Source of the DNA: Thalia democratica
Taxonomy: Eukaryota
Reading direction: 5' to 3'
Assembly (NCBI GenBank): GCA_965202585.1
Contig: OZ241827.1
Span: 22,692,001-22,756,000, forward strand
DNA: 64,000 nucleotides
This document shows positions 25,790 through 37,500 of the stretch, in pieces. Every line of letters begins with the position of its first letter. Position 1 is the first letter of the stretch. The translations under genes were made by a program, and so were the position numbers. Below the pieces are notes generated by a model, which saw only the letters and a program-made list of their open reading frames with translations, made no database searches and was not told the origin of the DNA.

Positions 25790-27900
25790 TTTTCTCTCAT
25801 TTTTCCAATCTTGTTAATTTTTAATTGCTCTTTAGCTATATCTTTCATACCAAGACAATGGAAAATATCTTTTATTATACCAATATACAAAAAGGAAACA
25901 AAAATAATCCATTAAACAACAGACCAATTTAACTAACTAGTAGCTTTTGCAGATCTTTTGACATATAATTTCATTAAAAATACTTAATCATCTTTTCTTA
26001 AATAATCTTACTTCTCCAAAACAATATAGTTTTCTTCCTAGTGGAACTTCCTGTATTCAATTATTGAATTGCTTTCATTCATGGTTTGTATCTTTTTTTA
26101 TCAATAAATCTATCAATGTAATTTATACAGACATTCAGAAAGCGTTTGACTCTGTCTCTCATTTTAAGTTAATTAAAACTTTATCTCAATACAAAATTAA
26201 TAGAAATCTAGTTAAATGGTTTAAAGAATTTCTTCAGGAAAAAACACAAAGAGTAGTTATTGGTAACACGTTCTCAGAATCCTTACCAATTTTTAGTTGA
26301 GTTCCGCAAGGAGAGGTTATTGGCCTACTTTTATTTATAGTTTATATAAATGATATAGCCTCAATAGTTGATTCTAATAGCAACATTAAGTTTTTTGCAT
26401 ACAACACAAAAGTATTTAGCCAATCTAACTTAGTTTTACAAAAATTTTTAGATAAAATATACCATAGGTTAAAAGAAAGGAAATTAAACCTAAATCCCAG
26501 CAAATGTCATGTTTTGAATATTCACAGAAGTACAGCTATTCCTAAGTATGACTTTAAAATAAACAATGTAATCTTACCTAAAACTGAAGTATTTAAAAAC
26601 CTTGGAATTTTTATTTCAGATAATTTAAAATAAAACCATCACATTAACTATATTTACGGTACTGCATCAATTTTATCTTTTCAAATTCTAAAAAATTTAT
26701 ATCGACCGATTTGGAAATTCTTAAAAAATTGTACCTAGTTTACATCCGTCCTAAGATGGAATACAACACACCTTTATGGTCTCCATGTTCTATAAAAGAC
26801 ATCAACCAACTAGAATCTATTCAACTAAAATTTACGAAATCGATCTTTAATTGGTGCAACATTTCATATATGTCTTACATAGACAGACTAAAAAGCTTAA
26901 TATAAAAACTTTAGAGTACAGAAGACTTGAATTTGATCTTATTACTTTTTTTAAACTGATTAACATTGAAACTACTATTGATTCTCAAACTTTCTTTAAT
27001 CCTTATAATTATAACTACTCACTCAGAGGTAATAATAAAAAATATACATGCAAATATCATTTCAAAAAAGTTGGTTGGCCAAATTCTTTTTTTTTTATCG
27101 TTTAGTAGAAATGTGGAACGAACTTCCAAATGAACTAGTATCTTGCAAAAATCTTGAACATTTTCGATTAAACTTAAAAAAAATTGATTTAAATAAAATA
27201 TTTACCAGTAAAATTTATAAGTAATTAGTTTTGTTCATCTCTTTAACCATTGATTTGGTGTATGGTAAGTATTTCATTGGTAGTTTGATTTTTAAGCAAC
27301 ACCTACCCCTTAATGTCTAAAGTACTTTTTAATTTTGATTTTTTGGCCGGTCTATTGTTAATGTGCTAGGGGCTTTAGATTATAAAATTATTGGATGCTC
27401 AGTTGACTTGTAAGCTAGATTTAAGAATTGTTGCTGCCACATGTTTGAAGTGATTTTTGACTGAATCTGCCGTGGTGAAATTTTGAAAAAATGATGAATA
27501 GCAAATAGTTGTTGAGATAAATGTTCTGCAAGATGAAGATTTCTGTCGATAGTTGAAAATGAATACCGTTTTAAAAGTTCTTATTTGATGAAGAGTGGTC
27601 TTCAAGATGGTTCCTAGAATTTCGAGCCAGGTGCTGAAGAATTTTGACAGGAGATGCTTGTCTCAAAGATTTGTTGTTTTGGAATGTATAATTGGAGATT
27701 GCTGACTTTGGAATAGTTGAATAATTTGGTTGTGAAAAATTTAGTTTTTTCAGTTTGTGCCTTGTATGAGTTTTATGTTTGTTTTAACACTGTAACTTGT
27801 TTTTTCTTTTTATGTTAGTGTCTTTCAGTTAAGTGGCTTAGGTTTTAATGCCTAGGTCCTTTGTTTGACAATAAACTTCGATAATTAGAATAATAATAAG
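25790..27900 (+). mobile_element. 5'-truncated, decayed CR1-like non-LTR retrotransposon (RT region, 3'UTR, short AAT tail)
   Basis: Frameshifted RT motifs: WKISFIIPIYKK..NRPI, TDIQKAFDSVSH, *VPQG..LLFIVYINDI, YADD degraded to FAYNTK, and a CR1-type C-terminus WNELPNELVSC..F..NLKK ending about 27222. The element ends AATAAAC...AATAATAATAA at about 27870-27899. Confidence 0.88.
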
Positions 27901-28632
27901 AGCTTATTTTATCTTTTATTAAATCAAACTAAGTGTAGTACATAATTGAATATAACCAAACTCTTATCTAATTATTTGTTTTAAATGAAACTAGTTTTTG
28001 GTATAGCATTATCAAAAAATAATACAAGTTGTTTGAAAACTAAAAAATTTAGAGTTCTTTAAAATATTTTAAAAAAACATTAGTAAGCTCCAAAAACCTC
28101 AAATAAATTAAGTGTCAAAAGACAGAACTTTCTGTAAATTAGTTTTTAAACCTCCCTATTATATGTGTTCTAGTCTAAAGAATACATGTGAGGTTTCCTA
28201 ACAATTTGAGCTATATGACCTTCAACAAACCCTTAATTTGTCATTCATAGACATTCTTACTTTTTTTAAATGATCCTATTTGAAAACAGAAAAACTATTA
28301 ATTATTTAGACCCTTTAAACAAGTTATCTTATTTTTCAGGAACTCTATAGTTGTTTTGTTATGTTTTATTTATATTATCATATTTTATTCAAGATAAATG
28401 TTTTAAGAAATAGTCATACGTTTATCAAAAGTTTTTATTTTAGGTACTTTAATGTAATTTGATCAAATTTTATTTATCTTGTAAAATATCTAATCATGAT
28501 AATCAACTTTTTTTTTCAGAAGATTTTGTACAGAATAGAAAAAATCTATTTTGACTAGTAACTTATTTATAGTTTTTTCAAAGCCAAAAAATGATAAACA
28601 TCTTTTAAATAATTCTGTCTACTAAGTAGATA

Positions 28633-28982
28633 CAGGGTTGCCACTTTTTGAGTAAAAAAATGTCCTGAGTGACCATAAACTGTCCTAAGTTATCTAAGTA
28701 TTTTCAAATCATTAAAAAGAGTTTTATAACTTTTCAAAACTTTATAAAATTATTTTATTTAACAAAATTGGTTATAAAATAACAAAATATTGAAAATAAA
28801 TTAACAAAAACTCATTTAAAATCTAAAAAAAATATGTCCTGAGATTTTTCTAAAATCCTAAAACTATCCTAAGCATTTTATAAAAAAATAAAACTATAGA
28901 GTCATCAAGAGATTTTCAAAAACTTTAAAATATCATGAACTATGATGATTGTCTTGGGTATTCTGAGTGTGTGGCAACCCTT
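28633..28982. mobile_element. MITE, CAGGGTTGCC TIR family (TCCTGAG-repeat subfamily)
   Basis: TIRs CAGGGTTGCCAC / GTGGCAACCCTT with a perfect 6-bp TSD TAGATA. Confidence 0.85.
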
Positions 28983-30730
28983 TAGATATTTTATGGAGCT
29001 ATGAGTTGCCTTTTAACAACTTTCAATGTACAATAAATAATTTTTCAAGGTAAAATAGATACTAAAGTTAAAATGTTAACAGGTTCTTTATGGAAGGCAC
29101 AAACTGAAAGAGTGAAAAAAAATTCATTAAAAATATTTATCCTTTTTCTTTTCTGTTATCTTTTTTTTAAAGCAACCATTATTTAATTTTACTGGTTTAT
29201 TATTTATATAAACTATTTAACTAACTTTATTTTAAAGCAGGGGTTGGCAGCCTTTTGTAACTTGCGGGCGAATTTTCTCAGAAAAAATTGCACTAGATAT
29301 TCTTGGTTTAATGATAAAGAGCAAGAAAAAATCATAGGTACATTTTAGGTTACTTTTAAAACGTAGACTAAATATTTTTAGAGTTGAAGATAAGGAGAAA
29401 AAAAAGGTTAAATGCTCATTTATGGGTAGTTTTTTAAGAAATCTTATTGGAAGAGGCCATTGCTATAAATTCTTCAAAGGGCCATTTCAAAAAAGTTAAA
29501 AAATCTTAGCTATAATAGCTGGTAAACAATTGTTCAAATTCTGACAATTCAAATTTCAATAATTGTTAGTAAAAGTGATTTTCTGTATTAGTAATTATTT
29601 TTTAATTCCTTTACCTACATAATTTCAATAGTTAGACATGCATGTTTTATTTTCAATAATTATGATTAGTTTTTTTTTTTTACACAATATTGTTACTAAT
29701 TAGACCTATATGGACATATTTAATTTTTTTTCATATTTTATATTTACTGTGGTCCTTAAAAATTTAATAAAAACAGGAAAGTCAGAATTTAACGTTTGTC
29801 ATTTGAATTGTCATATAACCATAATAACAGAATGAAAAGCATTTGCTATAGGCCAGGGTTTCATAAACTTATTTAAAAAACTTTGAATAACTTTAAAACT
29901 ATTAAGTTTAAGGAATGTTTCCTAAAAATTTTGAGTCTTTAGCGCATGTATTAGAAACTCATTACAAAAGCCACATTACTGTCTCTTTGTGGCTCCATTT
30001 TCCTAGACTTCAAAATATGAGTTTGATATCTAGCAGTTTTTTTTTTGTTATGTGTGACCAATGGGTTTCAATCTTGCAACATTCAGCTCAAAGAGTTTTT
30101 AAAGCCCTTATTAGGACCCTTATGCTATCAAGCCACCAACTATTATAAACAATTAAAACTTTACAGATATGTAGTTCAATGTAGATTATAAACATGATGT
30201 AACTTCATTTCAGTTATAACTTTTACTTTATTGAATTAAAAAACAATTAAATTTTTCCTTACAAAAACATATATAGTTGCTAACAAAACTGGATCCTAAA
30301 AATAAAGCCTAAAGAGACACCAATCAAAAATGGCTGTATGTCAAAAGTAAACTAATACTAAGTCTAAAAAATAAGTTGTGATATCTGAAACAAGTTTATA
30401 TAAACAAGGGTTTCCAAAGTGGGTCATATGGTCTACCCCTAAAGAGTTATCTTAACAATCCAGGTGGTAATAAGCAGCAAAGAAGCCAAAGGGAGGGATG
30501 TGACTGGTCAAGGGGAAATAAAGGGTACATTTAAGAATAAATTTGAAATTTTCACTAGATAAAGTACTTTAAACAGAAATTCAAAACTTACTGATATTCT
30601 GGGGTTTGTATTGTAGAGCAAAAAAAAAGGTTTTATATACAATTTAGGAGAGATTTGAATCTTACAAAATATTTGTAATGAGTTGTTGTGATCTTTTTTT
30701 GAAAAAGAGGGTTTATGACAATAAGATTAA

Positions 30731-31386
30731 GGGCATAGGGGGGTCCACCTTGATTTTTACAAGTTGGTATTATTATATGGAGTTTTATCTGAGCTATCAG
30801 ACATTTGAAACCACTTTAAAATTCAAAGTAATTTTTGAGATATGAGCAATCAAAGTCTGTGACTTTGTTAGGTTCCTAATGGAAGGTGCTAAAAGCACAA
30901 AAAAAGACCATTTCACTAAAAATCTATCTACTCTTTCATTTTTCAATCAATCTTCTTCAAATTTTTACAGAAAATGTTTTATTAAATTTTAAAAAGATTA
31001 AATGCAGAAATTGTTTCAATATCAAAAAATAAAATTTTTATTATAAAAAACTACTTATTTTTTGTTATTTTATGTAATATTTTTATTTCTTAATATTTTT
31101 AAAACTCCAACATTCAAAGTCTTTTAAACTATAAAAGGAAAGTTTCCTAAAAGTTTGAGGTCTCTAGCTCAAAAATGAAGGAGAAGATAGATTTTTAGTA
31201 TTCTTTTAAATTTCTGAGAAAATTGACCATGAAAAATTTGTGGTCCATAAGTTTGTATATGAAACTTTTTTTAAATTACAATATCTCAAAAGTTAATAAG
31301 ATTTTCTAATTCTTTATAAATTGGCTGGTAGTTTGTACTTCAAGCTTTCATATAAGATCCAATAATGTTGGACCCCCTCTATGCAC
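30731..31386. mobile_element. Kolobok-like non-autonomous DNA transposon
   Basis: TTAA|GGGCATAGGGGGGTCCA ... TGGACCCCCTCTATGCAC|TTAA: TTAA TSD with purine-starting TIRs (piggyBac TIRs start CC). Confidence 0.7.
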
Positions 31387-31462
31387 TTAAGAAAACTTGA
31401 TATAAACTACTTTGATATATTCAATAAAACTAAACAATATTTTCAAACTGAATTAAGTTTAC

Positions 31463-31640
31463 CTGAGTAGCAGGAGTGTGTAGCAAACTAATTCAGTTTC
31501 TACAACTATAAATAAAGCTTTTATCAAAGTAAATTGTCATAGTTACTGCTTGTTTCAACTTCTTACCAAATCATTTTAAACAATGGAACAACAGAAAATT
31601 TCAACTTTATGCAAGCTTTGCGAATTTTATTTAGTTATTA
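31463..31640 (-). other. Candidate 5'UTR exons of the Tudor gene (exon ending 31567; exon 31499-31463)
   Basis: Donor GTAAGA at 31566, a 67-nt intron ending gttgtAG, a 37-nt exon and donor GTAAAC at 31462. An acceptor (tttaaaAG, 25269-25268) lies 5 nt before the Tudor ATG. The frame continuing into Tudor contains a stop, so these would be non-coding. Confidence 0.4.
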
Positions 31641-34598
31641 AGTATAAATTTTTTCATGGCAAATTATACATTAAGTTTATTTTATAAAACAAAAAAAAAG
31701 TGTTATGTTAATATAATATTTTATAAAGTTTGTCGAGCTTAAATTAACAGCTAAAATTATTGAAAAAATCTAATTTAAAATAGTTTTTTTTTTATGTTTT
31801 GTTGAGAAAAGTACAATGTTTTACTTCTGTAAAAAATGTAATTATGAGTGGCCTGATGGGGTAGAGGTCCAAATGAAAGCATTAAAAACTCTCAGAGTTG
31901 AATGTTACATGATCAAAACCCATGGCCAACACATATATCAAATATATATCCGAGAAAATCAACTGTAATAGAAGCCATGAACCAGTTGTAAGAAATAGTA
32001 TCACAAGTTGAAATTTATGATGTTTTGTTCATTTTTCTGTTTTAACATAACCAATAGTTCTGCAATGTAATAATATTTTACACCAAAGTTTTATGGTGTT
32101 GCCAACTACAAATTGTAAAAGTTCTATCAAAACTTATACATATTTAAACTAACTAACCTCAATCTGTTATGTACTAAAAACTAAACTAAAAAACTAATTC
32201 ATTCAAGTAATTACAAAAATTTAAAGTAAGTTTAAATAACATAAAAATCCAAAGTAATTCATTTATATACTTCGCTACACGTTTTTATTATTTCAGATTT
32301 AAAGTCAACTTATTGTTTTACTTTTAATTTTATCGCACCACAAAAACCTATTTTATTTTTCTATTGGATTTTTTTTTTAATGTATCTGACAGATACTTCA
32401 TCTTTTAATTTTCTTACAAAATAAAAAACAAATAAATTTAAAGTCTTAAGGTTTTTAAGCATGTTGTTATAATTTAAGAAAGAAAAATTTTTTTTTAATG
32501 TGCTTTTATTTTTTATATAAAGCTAATTACAATTTAGATAACTAAATTTCTGATTTTATGTGTTACATTACTTTTAAAAACAGTCTATTGTAGCTACTAC
32601 AAAACTTATTATAGTTACCGAGGTCCTAGGCTCTTGTGTTTTAATCTAGTTATTGTTAATTCTTAGTTATTTTTACATTTGTATCTGTATGATATCTTAA
32701 GTCTTTGGAAAATTGTGCAAAGTATGTACATATATATATTTATTTACAGTTAAGGTCGGCTATTTTTTTATAAAAAACATCTTTAAACAACTGTACCTTT
32801 TTATTAGCAAACATTCTTATGAGTAAATTTTTAGAATAGTTTCCAGAATAGATTTTTTAATTTGGCTTTTTATTCAATATAACAGTGTTAAGCAGTAAGC
32901 ACATTATAAAACATTATCTTACAACTTTGCTTTTATAAGTACTATGATTTTTAATAATTCCTGTAATAATTATGTACTATAATAATTTAAAATTATAGCA
33001 GCCGGCGAAGGCATATTTTTTATCTGAATTATAAAACCTTGCTTGTACCGAACGAAACCGATGGGTTGGCTGCAGTTTTAAGGTCTTTTAAACTTTTTTA
33101 GAAATTAACAGACATACATTAACATTTAATTGTGTAAATTCGTTATAAATTATTTTGAGGAGAACTATCTAAATAGTTATTTTAGAATTATAATTTGACT
33201 ATAAACTATTATTGTTATTAAAAAAAAAGTTAAGAATACGATTTATATAAAAACAATATATATATCAAAAAATTATTTTTTAATATTTTTTACAATATGT
33301 TTAAAAAATTTAAATGTCTATTTTTCTTGAAAAAGTCATTTTTATAACTTTTGCAATTTTATCTTACTAAAGTAGGAAGTAAAAATGTATGATAATGGAG
33401 CTTTTCAACTTTCTAGAAGTTTTTATTATCTTTAAGGTTTTTATTTTACTTTTGATACATTTTAGACTTTTTTTAATCCAACAAACTTTTTTAAATAACT
33501 GAAACTTACAAGGCGCTTTTACTACTTATATGTCTTACAAGTTGTAGCTGCTTAAAGTTTTTTTTTTAATAAAAGCACTAGTGATTGTTTTATACAAATT
33601 TTATAAAAAGCAGCTTCACGCAATTAGCTGTGAACTTTGTTTAAACAAAATAGTTAATTGCAGAAAAGAGAAGCTTGTGTAAAAAACGAATATCATTTTA
33701 TTTCAACTGAGGATGGGAGTTGCCAGCCGAACACAAAATACTTTAAAAACTTTTGTTTGTTTAGACTTCAAAACTCATGCTCGAACAGTTGTATGACGAC
33801 CTGGCGGTTGAAGCCTAGTATGGGAGTGTTGCCAGTAATTAAAATCTCAAAACACAGTTAGACACTCGTTTGACGTTTGTTAGTTTAAACTTAAATGCTG
33901 GAGAACTTTGTTTTTAACAAATAAAATAAAAGGTTCATCTCTGATATAGGAAATTAATAATTATGTCGGTGAGCTTTTTTACATAACTTTTTAAACTGAA
34001 ATAAAAGTTTTAAGTGTCAACTAAAAATTATATTAAACTATTTAAAATGAGTAATACTAATGAAGTTATTTACGATTTATGTAATTTAAGTTCTTTTATA
34101 TTCTTAATTTACTTTATCATGTTTAACATCAAAGTTTGTTGTAACTTAAGACTTTTTTGTACTATTTAGATAATTAAGGAATTATATTAAATCATTTTAT
34201 GTTAGTAGAAATCAAAACAATCAACTAAATTAAATTAATGTTTAGTAAAGCATTTTATTTAATCAGAACGCTTTAAAAAGTATAAAAAAACCAATTCACG
34301 AATGAAATTAAATGAGAAAGATAATTAGCTAGAGACAAAATTTTAGAACATCTAAAAACGACCAGGTAGATGAAGGGGTATTAGTTGTTAACACAAGCTA
34401 AGAAATAATAAATTGTGCGCACTACAAATTTGAGAAAAAAAACAAGTTTACCAAAGTTATATGAAGGTTTAGGAACTTAAAGTTTTAGGTTTCACTAGCA
34501 CAAAAAGTTGTAGTACAACAAAAAACTGACGCACAAAACAAAAAGCAATCGAATCAGAGCCGAAACGAACACTTCAACCAAAAAAACACTTTCGCCCT

Positions 34599-37500
34599 CT
34601 AAACTAAAAAAGAGAAGACGCAGAGAACGAAGGCCGGCAGGAAAGCAATTATCAGCCGGTCCAGGTAGTCGTCAGCTGGCTGCTTCTTTCCGCTCGACTG
34701 GTGCACCAGGTACCACGCCGCCATGCCTAGCATCCAGATGAGCATCCTCGCGTTGCTCTTAGCCATCTGCATCGCCACCGAGATCGTCTTCGCGATGTCG
34801 TTCTCCGGATCGCCTTCGACCGTCGGGTTCCAGTACGAGAGGCAGTAGTAGAGGATGAAGCCGAAGAAGAGCAACCACACCAGCTGCGAGGTGTTCTTGT
34901 CCCGCAGCATAGCGTTCCACGCGAGCAACAAACAGAAGAGGAGGACGAAGATGATGCCGAAGGCGAAGCTGTTCCTCGCGCCGATCAGGTCCGCGTTGCG
35001 CCACCTCTCGGACTTACCTTCCACCATGGGCGGGCAGAACTCGATCATCGCGGTGTGCTGCGAGATACCGATTTTATCGCCGAACTTCTTGGGGTACAGG
35101 TACAGCGTGCTCTGGGAGTTCCCCTTGCAGCCGAAGCAGCCGGCGGGGTTGGTGCAGATGTAGGTGCCGAATTCGGCCTGCTGATCTCTATTTGTAAATG
35201 TTTTTATTTCTTTCGACGGGCTCCACGAGTTGTTGCTCGCTCCGGTCATGTCGCACACGCAGCCGCCCCCCGTCCTGTAACCTGAAAAAAAATATTGTGA
35301 TTTTAAGAGGTAAGGAAAAAAAAAACACACTTTGTCGGTGCCTTGATGACTTGAACTGGACGTGGCTTTATTTAAAAACAACCAAAAATTTTTCGCTCGT
35401 TTCAGTGGCACACGGATATTGTTTTGTTATTTTTCAAGTTAAAGTATGAACGTGATCTACAAAAGCATATTATATGTTTTAGCTTTAAAAAAACAAATGA
35501 TTAATTTAGTTTGAAAAATAAATTTTTGATAGAACGATTTCATACAAAATCATATAACAAATAATAATTATATACTGAACACATTGTGATGGCAAGTTCT
35601 AAGTCGCAGCTTGGTGAATGCTAAAAAATATCTATGATATTTAGAATATGACCAATTAGGTTTCAAGTAAAACTAATTAAATTTTACTTTTAGTTACTTT
35701 TATCTATATTAAACAAGTTAAGTTGTTTTTATTAAATCTTTAAAATGTTAAAATTAATTGTAAATTTGATTTTCAAGTAGTTTTATTTAAAATTATTTTA
35801 GCCTTTTAAAAAGAGTACTCGTAAAAATTGTTTTGCTACTTTTTCTTAATACATTTTTCTTTGCTTTAAATTATGTAAAAACCACAATTTTTCTATTTAT
35901 AATCAAAAAAATAAAAATTTAAAGTAGTTTTATAATATTATACAAATGCTCACTGTTCCATAACCTTCTTAAAATGAAATTTTAAAGCTCAGCATATTTT
36001 ATACTTTATATTTATTTATAAATTTTTACTTTTATAGACTTAAAATTAAAAAATAAAATTTTCTTTAATATTTGGTAAGCAGGAGTACTTCTTCATTTTT
36101 ATTTTATATACAAAAATTTATAAAAGTATATCATATATTAATTTTGTATATTTAAAACCATTAAAATAAAATGAAAGTAGAATTTAAATTCAATATATAC
36201 TATTTTTACTGTTCGATATTTTTAGTAGTATATAAAATTATTTAACTATAGTTTTTCTTAAAAAAAAAATTAAAATGTCAAGAACTAAAAAAACATCTAT
36301 TTTTAAAAACTAATTATTATAAACTGTTTACTTCAGGGTAGCCACTGGTTTTTTTTAATTTCTTCCAGGTTTTCTAGGTTTCTTGTTCCAGGTTTTTTTA
36401 AAGTACACGTTTTTGGGTCTATTTCTAGTTTATAAGTTTAAAGTATAAAACTGTGTTAGATAGTGCAACAACGTTAACAAGATACTGTAGAGGTACTTAA
36501 TTTAATAGTAAAAAATTATCTTATCAAATCTATAATAATGTAACTTGTTTTAAATCAAACAATTTAAAGTTCTCGACTTAAATGTCTTTAAGGAGATTTA
36601 TATCCAATATTTATTTCAACAGTTTATTACAAACAAAACAATGTTACACTCCTATACTTGCACTATCAAATCTATGATGATAATATGGAACAGAATACAC
36701 AATTAATGTCATTACACGCTAATAAACGAATAATGTTGAACAAAAGAAACTTGTGTAGAGCCAAGACATTGGACAATCCCAGCCTTAAAATAAAGTCACT
36801 AAATACGGCACAAATAAGTTAGTAATGGTTATAGTGCGTTAGCTGATACTGGTGCTTAGTCAAGCCTTTGCGGACGGAAAAACTTACAAGAGTTTTGGTA
36901 AGAATGACTTCTTGTATCAGTCACAATCAGGCTGCTAACAAAATTCCAATTAATATTGTAGGCGCTTTCAGTACTACTGTTAGTGGAATGTCTCCAAAGA
37001 ATAAGTAGTCAGCTGCAATAGTATTATTTATGTTAGTGACTCAGTGACTGGGTTTTATCACTCGTCTGAAACAATGGTTAAACTTCTAATCATAATTACA
37101 GATTTTTCCACTATTGCTTCTTAGCTGCCTCATCAGCATTCTAAAGTTGTTGCAAACTTGAATGACAAAAAAATGTCATCAAACAACGGCACACGCGTTT
37201 TCATTAGTAAGCTTTCTCCTAAAGCAAATGAGTTTGACGTGGAGCGCTTCTTCAAGGGATTCGGCGAGGTCCGTAACATCAATTTTAAGCAGGGATACGG
37301 GTTTGTGGAATTTGACGATGCCAGAAACGCCGACGATGCAGTCTAAGAGATGAACAACCAGTCAATATGTGGTGATAGAATCACTGTTGAGCATGTCAAG
37401 GGAACTCCCCGATGAACGGCTACGGCTACGGCCGTGATGACCGCGGTAGTTTTAATGACAGGAATAGGTCAAAATACGGTCCGGCTTCAAGGACCAAATA

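Noticed and set aside
34599-34900. C-terminal LDRL..hydrophobic helix suggesting a Cys-loop receptor M4
   Set aside because: Loop lengths do not fit (no long M3-M4 loop) and the ectodomain is LRR-like, not a Cys-loop ligand-binding domain.
35282-35411. N-terminal 43 codons of the tracked 270-aa ORF (GTG start)
   Set aside because: They run through a poly-T acceptor region; the phase-1 splice from 39073 explains the gene better.
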